IMG/VR virus record: IMGVR_UViG_3300029953_000002
DNA length: 64,000 nucleotides
Strand: one strand, 5' to 3'
Origin: an uncultured virus (IMG/VR IMGVR_UViG_3300029953_000002)
Taxonomy: Duplodnaviria; Heunggongvirae; Uroviricota; Caudoviricetes
In this document: one piece after another, positions 42,325-54,426 of the stretch
Layout of the letters: every line of letters starts with the position of its first letter
Numbering within the stretch: position 1 is the stretch's first letter
Notes under the pieces: model-generated
The model's database searches: none
What the model saw: the letters and a program-made list of their open reading frames with translations, nothing else
What the model was told of the DNA's origin: nothing
Translations under genes and position numbers: made by a program

Positions 42325-42858
42325 TTACTTTTCTGAATCGCCAAACAATAATTTCTGAGGAATGCTTTTCGTTACGACAGTAAAGTTTTCTTCATCATCA
42401 GATGTATAAGCAAGATGAATAATACGATCGAAAACATCTGCGTCCCATATACAGTTCTTCATTGGAGCTACACACGGATTACCACCCAAAACATCAATCA
42501 ATTCTGGGATCTTGCCGTGGTGCCAACAAATCGCCACTACTTTTCCTTTATACTTCTTTTTACTAAGTAGACGTTTAGCTAATACACTAAAATCTTCATC
42601 AGACCATTTAGTTTCTACTTTAATCTTAACAGCATCAGCAAATGGCGTAATTGTTTCGATAGGGCGCACACTACCTTTTGATTTTTTAGTGGCTATAACG
42701 TGATGCACTTTATGAGAGAATGGTTTATATAGCCCTAAGCCTACTGCACGAGTATGCCCGCGTACAGAAAGATTAGGACCGTCGTTAGGTCCATCAACAT
42801 GCGATTCGCCTGGTTTCTCAGCATGTCGCACAATAAATATATGCGCTGGGTAAGTCAT
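42325..42858 (-). CDS. histidine phosphatase superfamily protein
   Basis: IVRHAEKP, LS.RG..RA, R..ET, ICWHH. Confidence 0.8.
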   Translation of the reverse strand: MTYPAHIFIVRHAEKPGESHVDGPNDGPNLSVRGHTRAVGLGLYKPFSHKVHHVIATKKSKGSVRPIETITPFADAVKIKVETKWSDEDFSVLAKRLLSKKKYKGKVVAICWHHGKIPELIDVLGGNPCVAPMKNCIWDADVFDRIIHLAYTSDDEENFTVVTKSIPQKLLFGDSEK

Positions 42859-42911
42859 GTTTAAATTCCTCGTTCAGTGAACACATAGCATTACTGTTGT
42901 GTATTTTAAAA

Positions 42912-43445
42912 CTATGTTAATAATCGTTCTCGGTAGTTTTGGATAGGTGATTCCGCGTCATCGACGCTGCTCCATGTAACCCCTCGTAGCGCCCTAGAGA
43001 TGTTTGCCTGAGAAGTGTTGTATTTAGTTTCTAATTCAGCTAATGTCATCTCCATATCCATTTTCTTAATCCGACGCATTTCAATTACTGTCTCAGCATT
43101 TAAAACTGTCGTACTACGATTTTTACAAGACGATTTTATTGTAGACAAACAACAGTTATTAGGACTGAAATTCTTTGTTACATCTAAACGTATAACTTTA
43201 AAAGGAACATTAATTAATTCTGGTTGGTAAGATAACTCCCTATCTACCCATTTAATGAAATTACATATTCCTTCAGGATTTGTATCTATCCAAACTTTTG
43301 CTACTGTAATCCCTTTACCACCGTAACTAGGATAATTTTTATTCGAACTATCGTAACAACGCTGGATAAAACTAAGCCATCTAGCGTAATACTTATGTTT
43401 TTTCATACCGTGCTTAACTGCGCCGAGATGATTCATTTTGTGCAC
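42912..43445 (-). CDS. homing-endonuclease-related (HNH-like) DNA-binding protein, possibly catalytically degenerate
   Basis: RCY....NY..YGGKGITV...W, FSPNNC; C-terminal HTH-like LAE....S..IS......TW. Confidence 0.6.
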   Translation of the reverse strand: MHKMNHLGAVKHGMKKHKYYARWLSFIQRCYDSSNKNYPSYGGKGITVAKVWIDTNPEGICNFIKWVDRELSYQPELINVPFKVIRLDVTKNFSPNNCCLSTIKSSCKNRSTTVLNAETVIEMRRIKKMDMEMTLAELETKYNTSQANISRALRGVTWSSVDDAESPIQNYRERLLT

Positions 43446-43504
43446 TTTTTAAGAGTGAAAAAATAAAAAAATGTTAAACGGTGGTAGTTTAACATTTTTT
43501 CTAG

Positions 43505-43822
43505 TTATTCTTCGCTATCGGAAAACGACTGTATAATAATCTCAACTTGTTCAGACAGATTTTTAACTGTCATATCGAGATTTATTTGTTCTCCATCAAT
43601 TACGATACCGAACTCTTCTTCTAGTCGTTCTATAAGCGACGCTTCGTCAATATAATCCATTCCAAGGTTATCGCCCAAAACAGATTGAGAATTAACATCA
43701 TCGGGCGGTGAGTTTGTTATATCGATAATAATATTTTTTATTTTATCAAGTACAGTCATTTCGATAGCGTCTTCTATTTCACTTCTGTTCTCAACTACAA
43801 TATCTAACTCTTCATCAGCCAT
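43505..43822 (-). CDS. acyl carrier protein-like, attachment Ser replaced by Tyr
   Basis: LGMDYIDEASLIERLEEEFGIVI...TVKNL. Confidence 0.7.
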   Translation of the reverse strand: MADEELDIVVENRSEIEDAIEMTVLDKIKNIIIDITNSPPDDVNSQSVLGDNLGMDYIDEASLIERLEEEFGIVIDGEQINLDMTVKNLSEQVEIIIQSFSDSEE

Positions 43823-45028
43823 TATTACTCTCCTTTTTTTACTTTACGTGGCATCTTTATCAAGCGTAAGGTTAACTTGCATGCGTGGTTGACCTGCTGG
43901 GCGTTGTTGTTTTAAATCTTCAATGCAATACAAAGAGTCTGGGTCTAACATCCCCATTATGTTTGTCCGTTTGAAAGCAGGTACTTTAATCACATACCAA
44001 CATAGTGGACACCATGCTAGATTTATACCTACTTGACTCAGACGATCTGTTACGAGTCCGTAGTATTTACGAATAACCGGTTTTTGCATTGCCTCAGTGA
44101 ATTTCAGACTAATTTCTGGTCCTAAAATGTGAGCCATAGCATCACGGTCAACTGGTATAAAATATCCATACGGATTACCAGACCCTACTACTTTTGGCGT
44201 ATCGTTCCGATTGCAAATAGCAACAATCATATCTGTTGCCTTAGTTACGCTATATGGGAACGAATGCTTTTCTTCATTGACAAAATTATACACAGTCATT
44301 TGTTACTCCTTACAAGTTTAATATAACATTAGCACTATGCGTAACATGCTAACTCTCCCTACATTCCCTCCCAGTATTAATGAGAGGGAATTCCTTTTAA
44401 AGAATACCGAGTTTCTTGTAGAGTGCGTATTCTTTAATTACCGGCATGAATTTCAGAATCCACTGAAAGAAAAGAAGAATTGCTAAAGAGTTTGCTCTCT
44501 TCACGCGACCTTCTTCCGTATTCGTGAAATCGAAACTACACTTACCTTTCAAATTCCCAGTGGAAATCCCTGCAATATAAAACGGAACAGGGTTAGATAC
44601 GTAAGACGATTCTCCGTCTCCAGCAAAGTATAAACTATGCTCGCTAAGAATACCTGATGAGTTAGAGAAAATCTTTGGCGTAATAACACCACTTTTTATT
44701 TTTTCTTGAAGGACATAGAAAAGTTTCTGATCTTCATTGAAAGTAGAAAAGCCAACTGATTGGCTTCTAACAAAGAAATCAGCATCGATACCGTACGATT
44801 TATTGAGTGGTAACTTTGCATACGATCCTGCATATACGGGATCATCGAATACTATTCCGTTAAACAAACAAAAATCTCTAACCTGATCGATAGCTACTGT
44901 GGGAAGGTGTTTCATAATAGTCGTTCCTTTAGACTATTTTAATAAACCCGATTGCCTATGCGCTCGGATGTTAGTCGCTGAAAGCACTAACATGAATCCC
45001 TCCTCATTAGAAGAGGGCATCATCTTAA

Positions 45029-45265
45029 TTACTTTGCGTTATTAGTGATGTAATCAATAACGTCTTGCACTGTAATGAACTTTTCTGCTGCTTCGTCAGG
45101 TATTTCTAATTCAAATTCATCTTCCAAAGCCATAACAAGTTCAACAGCATCCAGCGAGTCCATACCAAGATCATCGTCGAACTTCGTAGTTGTTGTAACG
45201 TTTTGTTCTAACGAATCAAATTGATCAGAAACAATTTTCTGAATACGACTTTCAACATTTTTCAT
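45029..45265 (-). CDS. acpP: acyl carrier protein
   Basis: DDLGMDSLDAVELVMALEDEFELEIPDEAAEKFITVQDVIDYI. Confidence 0.92.
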   Translation of the reverse strand: MKNVESRIQKIVSDQFDSLEQNVTTTTKFDDDLGMDSLDAVELVMALEDEFELEIPDEAAEKFITVQDVIDYITNNAK

Positions 45266-45656
45266 GTAATCCTCACTGAGATTTAGTCTTTGTCATATAT
45301 TGCGCGGTTTATGATTTTTCTCTCTTTGTAATTATCAACTGGCATAAAGTCACTAGTGACAACATAAATATTTACGTATATATTAAATGTGTTACGAGCA
45401 AAGTCACTGGCGATACTCCATGCTGCTTTTTCATCCGGAATAAGTTCTTCTCCAGCCCGACTATCCGGGAAATAGTCAGTTGTTGCTACCAATCCGTCTA
45501 GCTTTTCGAAATGAACCATAAAGCCAGGTTTAATTGGTTTTGCACGACCGCCGCTATTAATTATTTTTAACGCCTCTTCCATTTTCATATCGCTCTCCTT
45601 GAGTAACTCAGTAACTATCAAGTTAGTGATATATTACTGAGTTATTTTAGATTTAA

Positions 45657-46631
45657 TTATGCTGACATTGGAGCGTCAATTCTAGCGAGATGTTGGTAAT
45701 CTTGCAATACAATATCATCAGGTTTAATACGTGTGAATGCGCCTTTTATATCATCTAGATTTATAATTGGTTTGACATTATCAGACAATAATACTTTCGG
45801 CAATGAAAGATGTTCACGCTTTAGTAACTCTTCAGCTTGTTCGAAATGATCCTCGTAAAGATGACAGTTTGCAGCTTGCATTGTGATTGTGCCTGGTGCA
45901 AAGCCACTTAAACGCGCCATGATTAGTAGCTGTAGAGCGGTTGTTGCTATGTTTGTCGGCGCGCCTAAAAATCCATCCATTGAACGGATTGTCATAACAA
46001 GATGTAACACTTTTGGATTTTCTAAAGCTATATAGCGATAATCCATGTGGCACGCCGGGAGTGCTTGTAAATCAATCTCAGCAGGATTCCACGCAGTGAT
46101 AATCATACGGCGATCAGATGGATTCGTTAACAATGTACGCAGTACGTTTTCAAGCTGATTAATTTCACGTTCAAATAGAAATAAACCCCTGCTGGAGTCA
46201 TACATAGCGACCGAGTAACCTAATTCACTTAAACGATCAAATTCTTTTCCATCTGAACTATTAATAACACGTCGATCTTTCCACGCTGTCCATTGAACAC
46301 CGTAACAACGACCGATATCATCTTCTCCCTTACGATGTGGGTTATCTAACCACGCTTTCGTTTCATTAGCGTTTTGGTTCCATAGATTACATCCCATATT
46401 ACGAAAATCAACAGCATTATCGTACCCGCGAAAGAAGCTTAATAACTCTCCTTTAATGCCGTTAAAAAACAACTTACGTGTTGTTAGTAGAGGAAAGAAT
46501 TCACTAACATCATATTGCAATTGATAACCGAGCAATACGCGGCATAGCTTACCAGTGCGCTCATTAAATTGTTCGATAGGACTATTTAAAGTTGCTCTAA
46601 TCATATCGTGATAGTTTTGCATGTTACTCAT
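45657..46631 (-). CDS. thyA: thymidylate synthase
   Basis: FPLLTTRK, YGVQW, P.DRRMII.AWNP, ALPACH, RS.D.FLG.P.N, HLYEDH. Confidence 0.93.
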   Translation of the reverse strand: MSNMQNYHDMIRATLNSPIEQFNERTGKLCRVLLGYQLQYDVSEFFPLLTTRKLFFNGIKGELLSFFRGYDNAVDFRNMGCNLWNQNANETKAWLDNPHRKGEDDIGRCYGVQWTAWKDRRVINSSDGKEFDRLSELGYSVAMYDSSRGLFLFEREINQLENVLRTLLTNPSDRRMIITAWNPAEIDLQALPACHMDYRYIALENPKVLHLVMTIRSMDGFLGAPTNIATTALQLLIMARLSGFAPGTITMQAANCHLYEDHFEQAEELLKREHLSLPKVLLSDNVKPIINLDDIKGAFTRIKPDDIVLQDYQHLARIDAPMSA

Positions 46632-48708
46632 AATGATTTCCTTTTAGTGCATGTGCGCTATGTTTGGTTTATTTAATAGGTCTACAGCGTTAGTAATTGC
46701 TTGTTTAATATCGGCTCGTTCAATATCAACATTAAACACTATTGCCCTGTCCATAATGTTTTTTTCATAATGACGATGTTGCGCTATGAGAGCTATGTAT
46801 TGTTGCTCGCGTTCGCCTGTAACACCCGTGCTTTTAATAGCTTTACAGAACTCACAATCGCAATAATTTTCTGAACTATCAATATTACTAGTTGAATCAG
46901 TTTTCATATTACCTCCGTTGAGTTTTTTTCATTTCCGAAACAAGTTCCTCATAGTTTTTTCTTTGAGCTTCTCGTAACTTTGCATCTCTATTTGATTTCC
47001 ATACCCTATAAAGAACAATGAAGCATGCGGATAATGATCCTAATACTAAAATCAAAATAATAATCAAAAATATACTCACGCTTTATCCTTTTCAAGTTAT
47101 TTAGAAATCACTACTATTTTATTTTCTCAGACCTGATTACTTTAGCGCATTCATCTGACGTCATGTTGCCTTCAAATTCTTTACCTGTTGCATCGTATCC
47201 AGGTGGTCGAAAAACTGTATTCTCACAAAGTCGTGCAGCAAACTCTAGAGTAAGATTAACTATAGCTGCGTTGTTAATACTTAGCTCTCTTGTTTTGCTT
47301 ATGTAATTACGAAGAAATGTTGCCGGTGATGTCTTATCCGGCATAAGGAATTTATTTTCTAGATTATTTAGCGCTATTCTTGCATCGTTTATTTCTTTAT
47401 CAGTGAAAGATACTATTGGCAGCACATTTGCGATTGTGACAGGCTCAGGTCCGTATATCGCTTTCATTGTTTCTGGACCATATTTTTCATTCATAATTTT
47501 TCCTTAATGAACGGTTTCATCAGGTGAAACTAATCCAGCGATATGAACATTTGTGTCTTTTCCTTTTGTTGCAAGAGCAATGGCATCGAATAACGAACCA
47601 AACATTAATTCAAGACGAGCATCTTCATTAGAATCAACAAACAATTGACGTTTCTCCAGTGGCCAAAGAAGACTTGGTTCGCAACATGAGAAGTCTGGGC
47701 AACATTCATTTTTAAAATGATTATGTTTTGGTTCACCAGCTAACCACGATTCTTCCTGCGCTTTCAACGAGGCTCTGTACGGGACAGCGTACTCTTCTTT
47801 CATAATCCATTCTGACCCATCTTCAGATTGGTAATGTGTTACTTCGATAGGCAAGTCAACCATTGTAGTAATTGTCATTTTTAATTTCCTTAAGGAGTTT
47901 GAAAACCTGTGTCAACATGAACAAAGCTTGTCGGCATTCCGCGCAGAGTATGATGCTGAAGACTCGATATTGGTACTTGATGCTCGCTTACAATCTGTGT
48001 ATTTATTTTCGGAGTGTTAATCTCTTTCCATCTACGTGAAAATTCTTTTTCTATTTTAGATACTTCTTCATTATACCCCGCCATCACTTTCTTACCGTCT
48101 GGTGTGCGGCGTTGTTGACGATTTAGTCGATCTATACCGAAATGATTTCGCACTGCTTCCATACTAGCATTACGCCCACATTCCAAGATTAAGTTGTTAT
48201 ATTCCCTATCTTTTTTATCAGATTCAGTTTCGAATACTAAGCGTTGGGATAGCGGGTTGTTTTTAATCTTGCTATTATAGTGTTGATATTCACTTTCGCC
48301 ACGAGCGCCGTAGTTGTGTTTCAGATTATTTTTTGTCGCTGGTGGGAGACGCATTTGTTGTTGGTTGTTCTCGGTCATGACTAAACCCTATCGGTATACG
48401 TTGTAAAATTGGAAGAGATACTATCGGCATTAATGGTTGAACTTGTAGTTCAGATACAATAGTTTTATTACAAGATTCAATTTTCTGAAACCCTATAGAT
48501 TCTAACCATTCAGAAAATCTGTTACTTCTCTGTTTTAATTCTTCTTTTTGTTCATCAGGTAAAGCAAGCCAAGCTTCGTAATCTTTACGCTCCTCTTCCG
48601 CACGTGCTTCAGCTTGTTCTGGTGTTTCCCAGTCTCTTTGATCCATTGTCATAATTATTTCCTTTTTAGAAATAGCAATCTATCGTAGTGGTAGATTGCT
48701 ATTTCTAA

Positions 48709-49518
48709 TTAAATGTTATTAATTCTTGTTTGTTCAATATCTTTATTAATACTGTCAATAAATGCTGCGCGTATACTTGGATCAGCGCTTGCTGTATTTA
48801 TTTTATTGAGAACTTGTTGTGCGTCGTCATCAATGGTTTGACTTTGTAATATTTCCCCATGAAAAACAATTTCGTAATTCAACGGGCTAGTTAAATTCAT
48901 ACCCATATCTCTAACTGCTTCGCTGCTTGGAAAACGTTTTGGAAACACATCCTTAACTAACCATGCACTTTGAATTACAGTGTGTGTTGGGTCAGGTTCA
49001 AATAAGATAACATCGAACGTGTAATTTAACTTACGAGCTTTGTCGTAATCTATAAGTTGTGCTATAGACATTTTACAAGCCGCAATAGCCCGTTCATTGC
49101 AAATTTGCTGATAGTGTCTACCCCATACTTGGAAAAAAGCATCTACTGGTTTTCCATACTTTTCACCAATGAGAATTTTTAATTCTTTTTTATCTGGAAT
49201 AAACTGATGATTTAAAGTTGTTGTGTATCCGTTATTAATACCGAATATTTTTAATGGATGAAGTTCGAATAACGCACGAGCTGTGGCATTAAAAGTTTTA
49301 TCTTCTGAACGAATATCGGCAGATTCTACATATTCAGATTCGCCAAAGCGTGGTGGGTTATTTATAAACCGTGTTACAACAGCGCAAACATTACGTTTAA
49401 AATGCGCTCGGTTACTAACCCAGGTATCTAATTTATCAATGTTGTCGAAATCTTTAGGATCATTATTAATGTTCATGCTATTCTTTCGCCAATGGATTGT
49501 TGGGGACAAATACTTCAT
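48709..49518 (-). CDS. hypothetical protein
   Basis: 269-aa ORF; true start may be the internal Met. Confidence 0.6.
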   Translation of the reverse strand: MKYLSPTIHWRKNSMNINNDPKDFDNIDKLDTWVSNRAHFKRNVCAVVTRFINNPPRFGESEYVESADIRSEDKTFNATARALFELHPLKIFGINNGYTTTLNHQFIPDKKELKILIGEKYGKPVDAFFQVWGRHYQQICNERAIAACKMSIAQLIDYDKARKLNYTFDVILFEPDPTHTVIQSAWLVKDVFPKRFPSSEAVRDMGMNLTSPLNYEIVFHGEILQSQTIDDDAQQVLNKINTASADPSIRAAFIDSINKDIEQTRINNI

Positions 49519-50524
49519 CTACCCATTTTTCAATTTGTTTCTCTACATCGCCTATAGATTGCATAGCGTCAATTTCAACCATGCGGTGCGATTTAACTCG
49601 TAAGCGCGCTAAATAACCGGCGTGTACCCGTTCTTTAAAAGCAGTTTCTTCCGTATCAAAATGATTAATGTCCGTATTACGAGCAGTTAACCGTTTAATG
49701 CTTTCTTCTAAGGTAATATTAAAAAATAGCGTATAATCTGGTTCAAAAATATCACATACTAATTTTTCCAGTGTTGACACAACATCATGTAACCCACGAC
49801 CATATCCTTGATACGCGCTAGTGCTATCCGTAAAACGGTCAGAAATAACTATTTTACCATCTGCGATGGCTGGTTTTATCAACGTATCTAAATGATCAGA
49901 TCTAGCCGCAGCAAAAAGTAAAGCTTCTGTTTTAGGACACATCTTTTCACTGAGAAGTAGACCTCTTATTTTTTCAGCTAACGGACTACCACCAGGTTCA
50001 CGTGTCTGGATAACATCGTATCCTTTTTCTCTAAGGTAATTTACTAAGAACTTTGTCATTGTAGATTTACCAGCGCCATCAATTCCTTCCACGCTGACCA
50101 TCCGACCCTTCGACATAATTTTTGATTCTTGTTTATGTGTAAAACCGAAAGCACATATACAATCTTCAGCCATTGTCATCAGCGGGAAACAACCGAAGTA
50201 AACAACATTACCATATTCAATATCGATTGAATAGAAACTCGGGTCACCATTAATTAAACCAATTGATTTAGATTTTGTATTTGGGTCCATTATCAGTGTT
50301 CTGATCCACTTAGATAATAGCGCATTAAAAACATGAAAACGTAATCCATCTACTTTTATATTAATGCGCCTGCAATCAGAAACACTTTCTTCGATACTTA
50401 AAAGATAAAATGGCATACTAATCATTTCTATTTGTACAGATAGTAATTCTTGATCTTCGTCTGATTTATCAAAAGCACTAGGGTAACGTTTAATTTTAAC
50501 TACGTTCATGATTGGATCTTTCAA
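49478..50524 (-). CDS. tmk: thymidylate kinase with ~135-aa N-terminal extension
   Basis: EGIDGAGKST, TREPGG, LLFAAAR, ISDRF.DS..AYQG. Confidence 0.9.
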   Translation of the reverse strand: MKDPIMNVVKIKRYPSAFDKSDEDQELLSVQIEMISMPFYLLSIEESVSDCRRINIKVDGLRFHVFNALLSKWIRTLIMDPNTKSKSIGLINGDPSFYSIDIEYGNVVYFGCFPLMTMAEDCICAFGFTHKQESKIMSKGRMVSVEGIDGAGKSTMTKFLVNYLREKGYDVIQTREPGGSPLAEKIRGLLLSEKMCPKTEALLFAAARSDHLDTLIKPAIADGKIVISDRFTDSTSAYQGYGRGLHDVVSTLEKLVCDIFEPDYTLFFNITLEESIKRLTARNTDINHFDTEETAFKERVHAGYLARLRVKSHRMVEIDAMQSIGDVEKQIEKWVDEVFVPNNPLAKE

Positions 50525-50995
50525 ATTAGTTAACTGCTGCTGCGCTACAGTCTACCACACTAGTGATATATAGCTAAAATAAATTGGAATAGCAAAAAAA
50601 AACTACTCCGGGAACATCAGAGTAGTTTATAGTTTAACACACAACGCTATATGCGCTGTATCAGTACCGGTCTAATCTTCCCTGCTTTAAATACAATACG
50701 TTTACCTTCAATCACAATTTCCAAATTCTTTGGAAAGAATCCCATCCTATTAAGCTGGTTAAAAATAGAATTGATGGTAAACATATTAGCGCGTCTCAAC
50801 ACATCCGGTCTATCGACAATGAATGGGTATGGTACAATCCCGCCCATCGGGCATTGTACCCACGCAATTCCGTGTCGTTTGCCTTTACCGATATCTTTGC
50901 TAATTCCAATACGAACATTCAGTGTAAAGAAATCAAAGAAAATATAAAGAAGACTTTCGATAAAGTTTAATTGCATGGTGATTCTCCTGTTGACT

Positions 50996-51505
50996 TTAAC
51001 CGACTTTCTTTATCTTTTCGTCTCGAGTCCAAACTGATGACATTGGTCCCGCTGTTGCTGGGACTTTCACGTTTGGGAGTTCATTTACTTTATCGGCATT
51101 GATGACCGGTAGTGAAGTCCTTACGCTGACCGCGTCTGTAGTAAGATCATTAATAACTGGAAGAGTATTTACAATTTCGTTATCCTTTCCATAAGTCACT
51201 AACGCGTGCGGGATATAGCCTTGCTCCTTTGCTGCTTCCCATAAAAACACGAATGTGAATAGATCGAGTTTCGGCGGTGTGGTTAAACCGACAAACACAA
51301 AACGAATGTTTGTTTCTTTTAGTTCTTGTTTATGATGACTGGCGTTGAGTGTCCCGTGTTCTCCAAAGAAGTTTGCTTCCTTGTGAAAGCGTACTTCCAA
51401 TTCGTGAAACACTTGCCTACGCTGTACTTTCTTAATTAAGAAAGCCCCGATAAAAGAAGCAATTGCCAGCATGGCAAGAATGCCGTACATTATGTTTGTA
51501 TTCAT
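50996..51505 (-). CDS. membrane-anchored hypothetical protein
   Basis: N-terminal hydrophobic helix, AGGAG RBS. Confidence 0.6.
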   Translation of the reverse strand: MNTNIMYGILAMLAIASFIGAFLIKKVQRRQVFHELEVRFHKEANFFGEHGTLNASHHKQELKETNIRFVFVGLTTPPKLDLFTFVFLWEAAKEQGYIPHALVTYGKDNEIVNTLPVINDLTTDAVSVRTSLPVINADKVNELPNVKVPATAGPMSSVWTRDEKIKKVG

Positions 51506-51803
51506 TTTTTATTTCTCCTAAGTTATTTTAAAATCACATGTTCAGTTTGATTACTAGATGCTTCAATAGGGGCCATAAAACCACCTATAGAAAGCAAAGC
51601 AAACAAACCAAGTAATTTCAACAAATCCAAAATCTTTGTTTTCATTATACTCTCCGTAAATGGACAAGATTGTTTTAATCTCACTTGTAGGATATATGTC
51701 TCAAATTTTCTGGGTTACTAAAACATATAGCGATTTGATATTTTTTGAACAATCGGGCATAAAACCAGAGCGATTCAGTAAGCTCTGGTTTTATATTTTT
51801 TAA

Positions 51804-52952
51804 TCAAAAACGATACGTCGTTGCGAATACAGTTGTAGTCCATGACGCGTTATTTGCGTTATAGTTTTCCCACTGTAGCCCATGTCCGCGATGTTCCTCT
51901 AACGAAAATGTCCATCTGCTATAATCGTACGTTACGCCTAATACAGTGTCCTTTTCACTACCCGTAGTATTGCCGTTTCCAGTACTCTCTGAAATATATG
52001 TGTAAATTTCATCTGTCCAATTATAACCTGCTAAAAAATAAAAAGTATTATAACTAGATACATTTTTAAATGGTCCTGTTAAGCCAGCTTCGTAATAGCT
52101 ATCGTGACGCAATTCCGTTTCAAGAGAATAACCGTTTTTACTATAAGAAATGCCAAAGCTGGTGCTTATGTATTTAACATGTGATTCGTTATCGATTATT
52201 TGAATTGCAATAGGATTTAAAACATTTGGGGGTACTGCCCCTCCAGTAAAAACATTCTGGCTATTTGGGTTTTCTAAGGTAACACCACCGCGCCATATAC
52301 TACGTGCTAAAATAAAACCAAATGAATCAGTTTCATAATTCAATGAGTAATCATAGTTCCCTTTTTCTCCTACTTGTCTATAGTCGTCTGTGCATGGCGG
52401 ACCATTGATCTCTAACTGTACGTGACAAGCGTCTTCTATATGTGTCAAACCATAATCAAAACGCGTAAGTAGTACACCATTACCCACTTTGCTTTTAACG
52501 ACTACGTTTATACCGTTGATGGCTGTAAATGTTTCGTTATCGACCATGCGCCTATCGTATAAACCTAAAGGTAACATTGCTACTCCGGCAGTAGCAGGAG
52601 AATCAGTGACGTTATTATAAAAGGTAGTTAATCTGATAAATTTTCCTAATTGAATAGTAACATCGTTATCGGCATTCAACTCGAAAGACTTCTCTATTAC
52701 AGCACGACGTACTACTTGATTATACGGGGCTGATATCTGAGCACGAAATGCATACTCGCCATAACTAACATCCGTGTTAACAGCTAACTCAGATTTATTT
52801 GGATAAAAATTTCTATTACTAAACGTCGTTCCGTCAATAAAACCTGAGAAAGTCGTGTTCAGCTCTTGTGCTGTGCATTGTGTCACAAATAATGCACTAA
52901 TCAGCAATATGCAAAACTTTAACATCGTTTCCTCCAAAATTAATAATAACAT
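51804..52952 (-). CDS. porin-like outer-membrane beta-barrel protein
   Basis: signal peptide (from MLKF), FSGF, IQLGKF, alternating beta strands, C-terminal YRF. Confidence 0.62.
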   Translation of the reverse strand: MLLLILEETMLKFCILLISALFVTQCTAQELNTTFSGFIDGTTFSNRNFYPNKSELAVNTDVSYGEYAFRAQISAPYNQVVRRAVIEKSFELNADNDVTIQLGKFIRLTTFYNNVTDSPATAGVAMLPLGLYDRRMVDNETFTAINGINVVVKSKVGNGVLLTRFDYGLTHIEDACHVQLEINGPPCTDDYRQVGEKGNYDYSLNYETDSFGFILARSIWRGGVTLENPNSQNVFTGGAVPPNVLNPIAIQIIDNESHVKYISTSFGISYSKNGYSLETELRHDSYYEAGLTGPFKNVSSYNTFYFLAGYNWTDEIYTYISESTGNGNTTGSEKDTVLGVTYDYSRWTFSLEEHRGHGLQWENYNANNASWTTTVFATTYRF

Positions 52953-53325
52953 TGTCGCTATCTATATACCCAATCGCACTTCTAGTAGAACTCACACGAC
53001 GAAGCATTTCATCCGTCGTTTTTACATAGCGAACTTCACTTCCCAAACCAGAATTAACCATTTTATTCCATTTCTTATTGTATTCCTCCACTGACATTCC
53101 TAATATATCACGTACGAAATGGCGAAATAAATAAGTATCTTCCGTCATCTGAAAGAGAACTACTTTATCGCCATTTGGCCATCTGTTATATCGCATCAGA
53201 TAAATATTTCTTATATCAGTCGTACTTAGCTTACCTGAATTAACATCCACATTAATAATAACTGATGTGTCGCCGAATGTTAATCCAGTAAAGAAATATA
53301 AAAATATCAGAATTAATTTTTTCAT
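52897..53325 (-). CDS. small periplasmic-binding-protein-like (PBP type 2) exported protein
   Basis: signal peptide; LS...IR.IY......WPNG ... V.....AIGYID pattern. Confidence 0.65.
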   Translation of the reverse strand: MKKLILIFLYFFTGLTFGDTSVIINVDVNSGKLSTTDIRNIYLMRYNRWPNGDKVVLFQMTEDTYLFRHFVRDILGMSVEEYNKKWNKMVNSGLGSEVRYVKTTDEMLRRVSSTRSAIGYIDSDNVIINFGGNDVKVLHIAD

Positions 53326-53774
53326 CGTCTTTTTGCCTGTTGCTCGCTTCTTGACTGAGTGTCATCAAGCTGTCGCTGAAGATCAATTGTGATGCGTTTC
53401 ATTGCATCTACCTTATCAGACATATCTCTAATTTTATCTACATCAGGCTTCATTGCTGTGGTTGTTTTTTCAATTAAATTAACCCGATCTACGAATGCAT
53501 CGAATTTTTCAATCGAATGTTCAAGATAATAACCAATACCACTGCCGACAATAGCCCATATAACGATGGCTGTTTTAATTAAAGTTTTATTACGGGTTTC
53601 GCTAGCATGTACTGTTTCATGCACACGCTCATATCGCTGTGCTAGATCATCGTACTTACCGCCAATCGTTTTAATGGCACTATTATTAGATTGACAAATT
53701 ATTGCTACTGTAGCGTAGAATTGCTGTCTGTCGATCAAATCATCTGATCTTGGGGCTAACACTGGTTCATTCAT
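53322..53774 (-). CDS. single-TM coiled-coil protein
   Basis: central hydrophobic helix flanked by helical heptads. Confidence 0.55.
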   Translation of the reverse strand: MNEPVLAPRSDDLIDRQQFYATVAIICQSNNSAIKTIGGKYDDLAQRYERVHETVHASETRNKTLIKTAIVIWAIVGSGIGYYLEHSIEKFDAFVDRVNLIEKTTTAMKPDVDKIRDMSDKVDAMKRITIDLQRQLDDTQSRSEQQAKRR

Positions 53775-53910
53775 ACAAGCTCCTATTGCTGTACGTCATA
53801 ATGTTTCCTAAAAGAAAGTTATGGAAAATATAGCGCACGATCATAGTATTTATTTTTTATTTTATTATTACAGCATAAAACCAGAGTAGAATATTCTACT
53901 CTGGTAATGG

Positions 53911-54426
53911 TTAAACTGATGCCTTAAGTGCTAGCAAAGGTGATTCTGTCAGATGATTCAAACTAGAAAATAAATCAAGTCCAGAAGCTTTTAGACATCC
54001 TCCAGATAGTTCGTAACAAAACCAGTTTGTATCATCGTTCCAATTACGACTGGGGTCGATAGCTAAGCCTAATACACCGATGTAGTCATACCCTTTCCCT
54101 AACTGAGCTTCTAAAAACGCCCTACCAGCTGCTTGATTAGGCACAACGAAATCAACTGTATCAACTATAGTAGAACCAGATAGCGCAACTGATCGAATTG
54201 ATTTACGCACACCATAACCAGGCAATGCTTCGTATAACACATCCCCAAAATCAATCAACACATGTGACGATATCCCCATAACGAAACGAGAACGTGGTAA
54301 AGCATACCGAACAACTAATGACGGAATACTCCAATCAGTTTTAGTAAATACCAAACGGATAATGTTTGAAGGTATTTGCGAGGAATCGGTCATTATATCT
54401 CCTATTAATTTAGAACTTAATTTCAA
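53911..54426 (-). CDS. permuted papain-like (YiiX/YaeF, C92) enzyme
   Basis: SHV...EA...GV, QLGKGYDY, W......WFCYEL. Confidence 0.75.
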   Translation of the reverse strand: MKLSSKLIGDIMTDSSQIPSNIIRLVFTKTDWSIPSLVVRYALPRSRFVMGISSHVLIDFGDVLYEALPGYGVRKSIRSVALSGSTIVDTVDFVVPNQAAGRAFLEAQLGKGYDYIGVLGLAIDPSRNWNDDTNWFCYELSGGCLKASGLDLFSSLNHLTESPLLALKASV

